This document shows positions 40,784 through 49,609 of a stretch of 64,000 bases of DNA, one piece after another. Under the pieces are notes generated by a model. The model did not search any database. It saw only the letters and a list, made by a program, of their open reading frames with translations, and was not told where the DNA came from. The stretch comes from Longimicrobiales bacterium (GTDB lineage: Bacteria; Gemmatimonadota; Gemmatimonadetes; Longimicrobiales; Gaopeijiaceae), in assembly GCA_951828585.1 (NCBI GenBank), contig OX639991.1, forward strand, positions 898,576 through 962,575, given 5' to 3'. The position numbers and the translations under genes were made by a program. Numbering within the stretch: position 1 is the stretch's first letter; every line of letters begins with the position of its first letter.

Positions 40784-43700
40784 TCACACCTTCACCAACC
40801 CCACCCTCCCCTTCCCGAACACCGCCTCAAGCTCCCGGATCGTCTCGCGGTCCGTCGCCACCTTCAAGCTGCGCGACCTCAAGCGCGACCCCTCCGCCCC
40901 ATTCCCCCCACCAATCACCACCTCCACCGGCGCCCCCCCGGCGTGCGCCGCCATCACCGCGCGAGCCCGGCCGAAAGCATCCTCCGGCAGTTCGCCCTCC
41001 CACTCCAGCGCGATCCTCACGGCAAGGCGGCCGCTCTCGGACACCCCTTTGAGCGGCTCGGCCGCGTCGAGGAAGATCGGCGGGTCCTCCTCGTCCCGTT
41101 CGCGGTCGCTGACCTTGCCGCGCACCAGCACGACCGCGTCCGTCTCCAGCGTCTCCTTGCCGGACTGCCACACGTCCTTGAAGGCGAGTACGGTGGCCGT
41201 GCCGTGGAAGCTCTCGACGGTGATCTTGGCCCACTCGGAGCCATCGCGCCGTGAGACCTGGCGCGCCACCGCCGTGACCACGCACGCCATCTCGACCGAG
41301 TCGCCCATGCGGTCCTTGAGGGTGTCCCCGCCGACCTGGTCGAAGGCGCGCGCCACCTCGCGGTAGCGGTCGAGCGGATGTCCCGAGATGAAGAACCCAA
41401 GCGCCTCCTTCTCGCGGGCCAGGCGCTCCCGGTCGCCCCACTCGGGCACCGTCGGCAACGTAGGTGCCGGGCGCTCCACCCCGGGGCCGCCGAAGAGCGA
41501 CTGCTGGCCCATTTCGGCCTCCTGCTGCCGTGCCAGGACCTCGCCGTAGGCGGTGTCGAGACCGGCCAGCAACTGGGCCCGGTGGCCGAAGGAATCGAGC
41601 GCGCCCGCCGCGATCAGCGCCTCGCAGGCCCGCTTGTTGAGGGCACGGGGATCGATCCGCTTGAGGAAGCCGAAGAAGGTATCGAACGGGCCGCCCTCCT
41701 CGCGCGCGGCCAGGACCGACTGCACGGCGGCGGCACCGACCCCACGCACCGCCCCCAGCCCGAAGCGGATGGTCGAGCCCCCCACCACGGTGAACTTCCA
41801 GCCGCTCTCGTTCACGTCGGGCGGCAGCACCTCGAGTCCGTCGTCAAGCTCGGGGTGGTAGCGGCCCAGTTCGCGGCATTCTCCCATGTACTTGACCACG
41901 TCGTCGGTCTTGTCGAGCACCGACGAGAGGAGCGCGGCCATGAACTCGGCCGGGTAGTAGCGCTTCAGCCACGCCGTCTTGTACGAGAGCAGCGAATAGG
42001 CGGCCGAGTGCGACTTGTTGAACCCGTAGCGGCCGAACGTCTCGATCTGCTTGGCCAGACTGCCCGCCGTGCTGCGCGGATGTCCCCGCTCGATGACCCG
42101 TTCCTGGAAGCGCTCCAGCTCCGCGCGAATCAGCTTGGCGTCCTTTTTCCCCATTGCCTTGCGCAAAACGTCCGCGTCGCCCAGGGAATAGCCGGCAAGG
42201 TCGCTCGCGATCAGCATCACCTGCTCCTGGTAGACGATGATGCCGTAGGTGGGCTCGAGGATGTGCTCCAGGCCGGGCGCGGGGTAGGAGACCGGCTTGT
42301 TCCCGAGCTTGCGGTGGATGTACTCGTCGGTCATGCCCGAATCGAGGGGGCCGGGACGGATGAGCGCGTTGGTGGCGACCAGGTCGTCGAAGCGGTCGCA
42401 GCGCATGGCCCGCAGCTTGTCGAGCGCCAGGTTCGACTCGAACTGGAAGACGCCCGAGGTCCCCCCGCTGGCGAGCATCCGGTAGACCTCGGCGTCGTCG
42501 AGGGGCACGTCGTCCATGGCGTCGGAATCGTATGCGGCGTCGGTGCCCGGATGGCGAAACTCGCCGAGCCGCTCCTTGACCGCCCGGACCGCGTCATGGA
42601 TGACGGTCAGCGTCTTGAGGCCCAGGAAGTCCATCTTGAGCATCCCGGCGTCCTCGAGGCAGTTCATGTCGTATTGGGTGACGATGTCGGGGCCGTCCTC
42701 GCCGTCACCGGCCCCGTTGCGGCCACCCTTGCTCTGCGTACAGATCGGCACGTAGTCGTGGAGCGGCCCAGGCGCGATCACCACCCCGGCCGCGTGGACC
42801 GAGGCGTGGCGCGACAGCCCTTCCAGCGTCATCGAGTAGTCGAAGAGCTGCTTGTGGCGCTCGTCCAACTCGTAGAGCGCCTTCACGTCCCGAATCCTCT
42901 CTACAGCCTGGGCAACCGTGTAGGCCTGCCCGGGCTGATTCGGGATCATCTTCGCGATCCGGTCGGTCTCGGAGACCTCGAACTTGAGCACGCGGCCCAC
43001 GTCGCGGATCACCGCGCGGCTCTTCATGGTCCCGAAGGTGACGATCTGGCCCACCGCGTCGCGCCCGTACTTGGCCCGCACGTACTCGATCACCTCGCCC
43101 CGCCGCTCGTAGCAGAAGTCGATGTCGATGTCGGGCATCGAGATGCGCTCGGGGTTCAGGAAGCGCTCGAAGAGCAGCCCGTAGGCGATTGGGTCCAGGT
43201 CGGTGATCTTGAGGGCGTAGGAGACGAGGGAGCCGGCGGCCGAACCCCTGCCGGGGCCCACGGGGATGCCGTTTTCGCGCGCCCAGCGGATGAAGTCCCA
43301 GGTGATGAGGAAGTAGCCGGCGTAGCCCGTCTTGAGGATGACGTCGAGCTCGTAGTCGAGGCGTTGGCGGACCTCGTCGGGGAGGGAGTCGGTCTGGTCG
43401 GAGCTGGAGCCGTCCCCGCCGGATGCCGCGGCGGCTGATCCGGGCGCATACCGCTCCCGCGCCCCCGCCTCCGCCAGGTGGACCAGGTAGTCGTTGTCGT
43501 CGGTGAAGGGGTCGGGGAGGGGGAAGCCGGGAAGGTGGTATTTCCTTTCGAGCGTGAGGGTGACTTCGTCGGCGATCCTGAGCGTGTTCTCGATCACATC
43601 GGGATGGCCGGGGAAGGCAGCCGCCATCTCGTCGGCGTTCTTGAGGTAGAGTCCGTCGTTGTACTTCAGACGGTCCTCGTCGTCGTGGTTTTTCGCCGTC

Positions 43701-44374
43701 CCGATGCACACCAGGATGTCGTGCGCGGGGTGGTGCTCCTGCTGCAGGAAGTGGGCGTCGTTGCTGGCCACGACGGGGAGGCCGAGTTCGCCGGCGAGCG
43801 CGAAGACCTTCTCGTTCAGTTCGGCCTGGCCGGGGGTGCCGTGGGCCTGGACTTCGAGGTAGTAGCGGTCGGGGAAGGTGTTCGCGTACCAGTCCGCCAC
43901 CTCGCGCGCCGTGTCGTCGTTGCCGGCATTCAGGTGGCGGGCCAACTCACCCGCCATGCACGCCGAGGTCACGATCAGCCCGTCGGAGTGCCGCGCCAGC
44001 GTCTCCCGGTCCACCCGTGGACGGTAGTAGAAGCCCTCGGTGTACCCGATGGAGGACAGCCGGATGAGGTTGCGATAGCCCTCGGCGTCGCGCGCCAGCA
44101 GCACCAGGTGATAGTGCGCCTTCCCCCCCTGACCCGATCGCGCCCGTTCGCGCCGGTCTCCCGGGGCCACGTACGCCTCCATCCCGATGATCGGCTTGAG
44201 TCCGTCCTTGCGGGCCAGCTTCTGGAAGTTCCAGGCGCCGTAGAGGCAGCCGTGGTCGGTCAGCGCGAGCGCGGGCATCTCGAACCGCTTGGCCCGGCGG
44301 ATCAGGTCCGAGAGGCGGTTCGCGCCGTCGAGGAGGGAGTACTCGGAGTGGGTATGGAGATGGACGAAGGACAA
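40784..44374 (-). CDS. dnaE: DNA polymerase III alpha subunit
   Basis: 'SFVHLHTHSEYSLLDG' PHP N-terminus, fingers/palm motifs, OB-fold C-terminus, 1196 aa. The start codon at 44374 is TTG, exactly at the canonical N-terminus. Confidence 0.97.
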   Translation of the reverse strand: MSFVHLHTHSEYSLLDGANRLSDLIRRAKRFEMPALALTDHGCLYGAWNFQKLARKDGLKPIIGMEAYVAPGDRRERARSGQGGKAHYHLVLLARDAEGYRNLIRLSSIGYTEGFYYRPRVDRETLARHSDGLIVTSACMAGELARHLNAGNDDTAREVADWYANTFPDRYYLEVQAHGTPGQAELNEKVFALAGELGLPVVASNDAHFLQQEHHPAHDILVCIGTAKNHDDEDRLKYNDGLYLKNADEMAAAFPGHPDVIENTLRIADEVTLTLERKYHLPGFPLPDPFTDDNDYLVHLAEAGARERYAPGSAAAASGGDGSSSDQTDSLPDEVRQRLDYELDVILKTGYAGYFLITWDFIRWARENGIPVGPGRGSAAGSLVSYALKITDLDPIAYGLLFERFLNPERISMPDIDIDFCYERRGEVIEYVRAKYGRDAVGQIVTFGTMKSRAVIRDVGRVLKFEVSETDRIAKMIPNQPGQAYTVAQAVERIRDVKALYELDERHKQLFDYSMTLEGLSRHASVHAAGVVIAPGPLHDYVPICTQSKGGRNGAGDGEDGPDIVTQYDMNCLEDAGMLKMDFLGLKTLTVIHDAVRAVKERLGEFRHPGTDAAYDSDAMDDVPLDDAEVYRMLASGGTSGVFQFESNLALDKLRAMRCDRFDDLVATNALIRPGPLDSGMTDEYIHRKLGNKPVSYPAPGLEHILEPTYGIIVYQEQVMLIASDLAGYSLGDADVLRKAMGKKDAKLIRAELERFQERVIERGHPRSTAGSLAKQIETFGRYGFNKSHSAAYSLLSYKTAWLKRYYPAEFMAALLSSVLDKTDDVVKYMGECRELGRYHPELDDGLEVLPPDVNESGWKFTVVGGSTIRFGLGAVRGVGAAAVQSVLAAREEGGPFDTFFGFLKRIDPRALNKRACEALIAAGALDSFGHRAQLLAGLDTAYGEVLARQQEAEMGQQSLFGGPGVERPAPTLPTVPEWGDRERLAREKEALGFFISGHPLDRYREVARAFDQVGGDTLKDRMGDSVEMACVVTAVARQVSRRDGSEWAKITVESFHGTATVLAFKDVWQSGKETLETDAVVLVRGKVSDRERDEEDPPIFLDAAEPLKGVSESGRLAVRIALEWEGELPEDAFGRARAVMAAHAGGAPVEVVIGGGNGAEGSRLRSRSLKVATDRETIRELEAVFGKGRVGLVKV

Positions 44375-44398
44375 GGGGGGATGGGGTGGGGGTGAGGG
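44375..44398 (+). other. G-quadruplex-type motif (G6-N2-G4-N1-G5-N3-G3) on the dnaE template strand, abutting its start codon
   Basis: ggggggatggggtgggggtgaggg on the + strand. The dnaE 5' leader is correspondingly C-rich with no Shine-Dalgarno sequence. Confidence 0.5.
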
Positions 44399-44604
44399 TG
44401 GCGATTGGCGGGTGTGGGAGCCCGGCGGCGGGTCGGAGCGGTTGGACTTCCACGCGGCTTCGAATGTAGCAGTCCGAAGGTGAATCCGCGCGTGGATGCT
44501 TCGCGGCGCGCTGGCCTGATGCTCTATGGTCGTGTTATTGCGCGCGAACGGTTGAAGTCAGAATAACAAAGTGCGACGACAGTTCAAGCGTATACTGTAC
44601 ATGA

Positions 44605-44632
44605 CATAATATAAAGTTGAGATTACATTACG
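44605..44632. repeat. AT-rich palindrome site c: CATAATATA-N10-TACATTACG
   Basis: Same 9-N10-9 architecture as site a, with one mismatch per arm. About 230 bp upstream of dnaE. Confidence 0.7.
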
Positions 44633-44701
44633 AATGTCCGAGGGAAGCGATCCAGCACCAGTTGTGGTCGCCGTTCGAATACCGGGAGATGCCGTCCCCC
44701 C

Positions 44702-46171
44702 CTATCGCCGGGTCATCACCGTGTACCCCGCCCCCTGGTCCCACCTGAGCACCATGGCCGAGTCCCCGTCACCCTCGAAGGTCAGTAGCGGGGTCCCGTT
44801 GCTGAAGGTCATGTCGCCGCGATAGTCGAGAGTGTCGGCCTCCTGCCGGCCTTCCGGTACGTCCCGGCCACCGACCGTCACCGGCGTCATCGTCAAGAGG
44901 TCGCCGTCGGCCCGGATCCGGAGCGCTACCTCGCCCGCCCGCGCAGGCCCCGCGTAGGTCCCCTCAAAGTACGCGAGATCCCCGTCGAAGGTCATCGGCT
45001 CCGGCGTGGCGTTGCCGACCAGCAGCTCCACGATCTCGCGAGCCAGCGCCGACGGGCCCGGCGGGCTCGTGGAATTGACCAGAACCACCACCGCGAGCTC
45101 CTCCTCCGGCAGGTACAGGGACTCCGACATGAAGCCGGGGATGCCGCCGCCGTGGTGGATCGCCCGGTGCCCGAGGGATGTCGCTGGTGGCCAGCCCCAA
45201 CGCATAGCGGAGCTTCGTGCCATCGTTCAGGTCGCCCGGCTCGATCATCTGCGCGTAGGCGTCATCGGTGAGCACCTCGCCGCCGTGCAACGCAACCAGC
45301 CAGGTCGCCAGATCGCCCGCACTGGCACACAGCGACCCCGCCGCGAACGGAATGTTGTGGACGATGAAGCCCTTGTTGCGCAGCCCATCCGGCCCCGCGT
45401 CGTAGCCGGTGACCTTGCCCTCGTGGATTTCGGTCTCGCTGCAGTAGTGCGAGCGGTCCATCCCGAGTTCGGCGAAGATCTTCTCCTCGACGTATTCCTC
45501 GTAGGTCATGCCGGAGACCTGCTCCAGGATCGTCCCCGCGAGGTAGTAGGCCGAGTTGTTGTAGATCGCGCGCTCGCCGGTGGGGAAGTCGAAGGGGTGG
45601 TTGGCGATCAAGGCCAGGAGGCTGTCGCGGGGGACTCGCCGCACGAAGTAGGGACGCGCCGCCGCCATCTCCGTGTAGCCCCGGATGCCCGAGGTGTGAT
45701 CGAGCAGCTCCCGCACGGTGATGCGGTTTCCCTGCGTGGGGAAGTCGGGGAGGTAGGTGCCGATGTCCGCGTCGAGGTCGACCCGTCCCTCTTCCTGCAG
45801 CTGGAGGAGCGCGGCGGTGGTGAACTGCTTGGTGATCGAGCCGGTCTCGTAGATGGCGTACTCGGGGGTGGGGGCCTGGAGCTCGAGGTTGGCCCAGCCG
45901 TATCCGCGGACCGCAATGCGCTCGCCGTGGTGCACGACCGCGACCGAGGCGCCGGCGATGTCGTGCTCCCGTATCGGCGCCATCATGATTTCGTCGATGG
46001 CCTCGACGTGCGAAGCGTGGTCGGGGTGGGCGACACCGACCCCTTCCGCGCCGAATTCGCCGGGGGGTGGGGTGGGGGGTGACATGCAGCCCGTGGCCCC
46101 AAGGACCAGCACGCTTGCGGCAGGGAGGAAGCGGTCCCGCGCACGACCGCAGCGGCATAAGATCCCGCCAT
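44702..46171 (-). pseudogene. Beta-lactamase-family serine hydrolase (class C/PBP4*-like) with a C-terminal lipocalin-like domain; apparent frameshifts
   Basis: 'SITK' active site. Frame break between '..YALGLATSDI' and 'LGHRAIHHGGGIPGF' at the C-run (ggg on + strand, 45175-45177). The only ATG (46171) is in another frame from the lipobox-bearing N-terminus ('FLPAASVLVLGATGC'). Confidence 0.75.
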
Positions 46172-46179
46172 GTCCGCCG

Positions 46180-47217
46180 CTACGATCCCGTGCAGCGGAA
46201 CGACTGCGCGATTTCGTCGAGCTGGACCATATACTCGTATTTGTCACGTCCGGGGGCGTAGAGCCAGGCATCGACAAGGTACCGGCGGCCCTGCCGGGGA
46301 CACTCGATCGCGCGCACGATGAATGGACCCGCGGCCGGATAGGCGCCGGGCGGATTCTCCCACACCGCCTGGTAGGCGTAGGTCTGGAGGCCATTCAGCG
46401 TTGCCGACCCCTCGACCACCAATTCGGTATCGACCACCTGAGGGTAGTTGTAGTAGCGGTCCACCACCGAGGCGCGCCAGGCCAGCAGGTCCTCTGTCGC
46501 AAAATCCGCCTGAGCGGGGCTCTGCCAGGTAACCGCGAACTGGCGGATGAGTTCAGACGGGTCGGGGTTGTCGTTTCGGAATATGTGTACGGAATCGGTC
46601 ACCTCGTACCTGTAGACCGAAGGCACAACCAGGCTGAAACCGTGGTTCTCGCCAAGTTCGCGCGCGAGCACGGTATCGGGATCCGTGATGAACATCCGCG
46701 CAACGGACCTGCTGCGGAACCAGTCGACGTAGGTGTCGGCCAATTGCGGCGTGAGCTCCCGCAGGCCTTCCACCTCGCTGCCCTCCTCCAGCACGACCAC
46801 CGTCACCACCTGACCCCGCGCCCACACGTCCTCCACATGCGCGATGTGCGGGGGCGCGACGGGCTCGCCGACCTTGGCAAGCGGCGCGGCCATCCACGAA
46901 TCCGCCTCGGTCCCAATGACCAGCTGCTGTTTCAAACGGCGTAGCTTGAACCAGGTCTCGGATCCCGGCTCACCCGGTGTGACCGTGAAGATCTTCTCGT
47001 CGCGCACCGTGAAGACGGTCCTCTCCAGCGCCGGAACGAGATCACCCTGGACCTCGTCCCACAGTGCGGGAGAAGCGGTCGCGATGATGCTGTTGAAGTC
47101 CCCCAGTGTCAGAGGGAGATTCTCGCACGCGGTAACGGGAAGCATCGTGACGAGGGCTGCTAGAAACCCTACTCGGTACTTTCGGTCCCGGACGGCCACA
47201 TGAACTCGGCTGCACAT
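46180..47217 (-). CDS. Hypothetical lipoprotein (possibly DUF4837-like)
   Basis: ATG at 47217. Lipobox-like 'LPVTAC'. The family call is tentative. Confidence 0.55.
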   Translation of the reverse strand: MCSRVHVAVRDRKYRVGFLAALVTMLPVTACENLPLTLGDFNSIIATASPALWDEVQGDLVPALERTVFTVRDEKIFTVTPGEPGSETWFKLRRLKQQLVIGTEADSWMAAPLAKVGEPVAPPHIAHVEDVWARGQVVTVVVLEEGSEVEGLRELTPQLADTYVDWFRSRSVARMFITDPDTVLARELGENHGFSLVVPSVYRYEVTDSVHIFRNDNPDPSELIRQFAVTWQSPAQADFATEDLLAWRASVVDRYYNYPQVVDTELVVEGSATLNGLQTYAYQAVWENPPGAYPAAGPFIVRAIECPRQGRRYLVDAWLYAPGRDKYEYMVQLDEIAQSFRCTGS

Positions 47218-47311
47218 TCCGTCGATTCTCCTATATTCGTTGTCGGAAACGGGTTCGCGTATGCGCGAAACTGCAGATGTATACACTACACCGGAGGAGA
47301 GAGTCTGGTCC

Positions 47312-47890
47312 ATGCGACGGGTCCACGCCAAAGGAGCGACCGGAAAGGGGGCCCAGGGGATCGACGGGCCGGTGGCTCGACGCTCCCCGCGCTCGGCCGG
47401 GTTCGTCCACGGACTGCTCGGCTTCGCGCTCACCGTCTGCGCCGACGGCTGCGCATCCGGCGGAACACCTGAAGTATCCCACGAAGAGCCCGGGGCCACC
47501 AGTCCCGTGTCGGAACCCCCGGCGCCCGCTCTCGAGGCCACCGACTCCACACCCACCACCCCACCACCCCACCCGGCCATCTTCACCGAGAGCCAGGCGG
47601 ACCGGGGACGCACCGCCTTCGACGAGGTCTGCTCGGACTGCCACACCACGAGCGAGTTCCGGGGAAGAACCTTCCAGTCCAACTGGGGCCGCCGCACGGT
47701 CTACTCCTTCTTCCGGACCATTCGCTCCACCATGCCCGACGACAACCCCGGGGGGCTGGAAGAGCAGACCTACCTGGATGTCGTATCCTACATCCTGCGC
47801 ATCAACGGCCACGCGGCCGGGACATCCGAGATGACGGCGGAGTCGCCGATGCGCGAGGTCCGGATGGCGCCGCCGACCCCAAATCCGTGA
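47312..47890 (+). CDS. Mono-haem c-type cytochrome lipoprotein
   Basis: ATG at 47312 with GGAGGAG 12 nt upstream (alternative starts at 47240 and 47261). Lipobox 'LTVC'. 'CSDCH' haem site. Confidence 0.65.
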   Translation: MRRVHAKGATGKGAQGIDGPVARRSPRSAGFVHGLLGFALTVCADGCASGGTPEVSHEEPGATSPVSEPPAPALEATDSTPTTPPPHPAIFTESQADRGRTAFDEVCSDCHTTSEFRGRTFQSNWGRRTVYSFFRTIRSTMPDDNPGGLEEQTYLDVVSYILRINGHAAGTSEMTAESPMREVRMAPPTPNP

Positions 47891-47915
47891 ACCGGGCTTA
47901 AGAGAGGACAAACAC

Positions 47916-49250
47916 ATGACCGAGACTCGAAGCGGGATCGATCGCCGCAGCTTCGTGAAGGCGACTACTCTGGGCGCGGGTGCCGTTCTTGCCGGGACAC
48001 GTGCCGTGTCTGCCGACGAGGGATCACGCAGCCCGCTCACGGGAGAAACGGGCCCACCTGCAGTGCATACCCGCCAGACACCGGACATCGCCGTCGTCGG
48101 TGCGGGCGCCTTCGGGGCGTGGACCGCGCTGAACCTCCAGCAGTCCGGGGCACAGGTCACCCTCATCGACCAGTACGGACCGGGTAATTCGCGGGCCACT
48201 TCGGGAGGAGAGACCCGGGGAGTCCGCACCGGCTACGGCGACCGCGGCCACGGACTCCTGTGGACCGCGTGGGCCAAGCGCGCGATCGAGAAGTGGAACG
48301 AATGGGACCAGCAGTGGCAGGACATGCTGCTGCCCCGCGTCTTCTTCACCACCTCGGACCTGATCATGCGGGACGAGTGGACCGAATTCATGGAGGACAC
48401 CAGGAAGAACTGGGATGAGTTGGGGATCCGCTACGAGGTCCTCGACGCGGACGAGATCAGGCGGCGCTGGCCGGTGATCGAACTCGGGGACGTCACGGTG
48501 GCCCTGTGGGAACGGGACGCGGGGGTTGTCCGCGCCCGCAGAGCCATCGAATCCGTCGCCCATGTGTTTCAGAACGCAGGCGGCGAGGTCAGCATCGCCC
48601 GCGCGGAGATGGACGCACGCACGGGCCGGAACCTCGACGCCCTTCGGCTGGAGCCCGATGCCGCGCTCTCGGCCGGCACCTACGTCTTCGCGCTGGGCCC
48701 CTGGTTCCCGAAGGCTTTCCCCGAACTGATGGGCCGGCGGTTGCGGATTCCCATGGGGCACGTCGTCTACTTTCGCACGCCCCCGGGCGACAACGGCTAC
48801 AGCTACCCCAACCTGCCCAGCTACAACTTCCGCGGCGTGACGGGCTGGCCCGCGCTATCCCCGGACAACCGCGGCTTTCGCGTGCGCACCGGCGGCCAGC
48901 CCCCGGGCGACCCCGACACCAGCCGCAGGTGGCTGCTCGAGGAGGAATACGAGCGGCCGCGGGCGTTTGTACGGGAGCGGTTTCCGGGACTGTCGGAAGC
49001 GCCGGTCAGCGAGACGCGGGCGTGTCATTACGAGGTTTCCGTGACGCGCAACTTCTTCTTCGACCATCACCCCGACTTCGACAACGTGTGGTTTGCGGGA
49101 GGGGGGTCGGCCGAGGGCTTCAAGTTCGGCCCCGTGATCGGCGAGTATTTTGCCGGGCGGGTGTTGGGGACTGAGGACACCCCCGAACTGATCGAAGCCT
49201 TCCGTCTGTCGGAAGAAGAATTCGAGTCAGGCGCCGACGGAGCGCCCTGA
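47916..49250 (+). CDS. Tat-exported FAD-dependent oxidoreductase (DAO/sarcosine-oxidase-beta-like)
   Basis: Twin-arginine 'DRRSFVKATTLGAG'. Dinucleotide fold 'DIAVVGAGAFGAWTAL'. Confidence 0.85.
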   Translation: MTETRSGIDRRSFVKATTLGAGAVLAGTRAVSADEGSRSPLTGETGPPAVHTRQTPDIAVVGAGAFGAWTALNLQQSGAQVTLIDQYGPGNSRATSGGETRGVRTGYGDRGHGLLWTAWAKRAIEKWNEWDQQWQDMLLPRVFFTTSDLIMRDEWTEFMEDTRKNWDELGIRYEVLDADEIRRRWPVIELGDVTVALWERDAGVVRARRAIESVAHVFQNAGGEVSIARAEMDARTGRNLDALRLEPDAALSAGTYVFALGPWFPKAFPELMGRRLRIPMGHVVYFRTPPGDNGYSYPNLPSYNFRGVTGWPALSPDNRGFRVRTGGQPPGDPDTSRRWLLEEEYERPRAFVRERFPGLSEAPVSETRACHYEVSVTRNFFFDHHPDFDNVWFAGGGSAEGFKFGPVIGEYFAGRVLGTEDTPELIEAFRLSEEEFESGADGAP

Positions 49251-49609
49251 CCCACGCCGCGCCCGGCAACAAGTCGGCGGGGCAACGCAGATCAAACAGG
49301 TCCGGGCGGTCACGGGGATGTCGCGTCCACGCTCCGAATGCGAACTCATCGACCGGCGGCGTTTTCCGACGGTGGCCAAGGCGCGGCGTGAAGTCCGCTT
49401 GCAGGGGTCGCGATGCTGGCTGCCTATCTTTCGGTGCGTCGTGCGATCCGGTTGTACCCGATGCACGCTCTGAAGGACCAGTGACTAGCCCCTAAAAGGG
49501 GGCACAGGACGTGCGTCGCGCGCACCGAAGCCCGCACGCGGTCGCAAGATCGGGTTCAATGGCGTAACATCCACGTTCCGAAAACCCAACCCCGTTTCCG
49601 GAGGTCACG

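Noticed and set aside
44591-44612. 'tatactgtacatgacataat' upstream of dnaE, considered as a LexA/SOS box
   Set aside because: It has a CTGT half-site but no ACAG partner at N8, and it does not match other LexA consensus forms I know. In addition, this is dnaE1, not an SOS-type dnaE2.
49251-49609. 359-bp intergenic region upstream of the first DPP-IV gene, scanned for a tRNA, riboswitch or small ORF
   Set aside because: No cloverleaf-compatible segments or conserved riboswitch cores were recognised by eye. The only ORF (49227..49466, minus strand) is Arg/Ser/Cys-rich and implausible.
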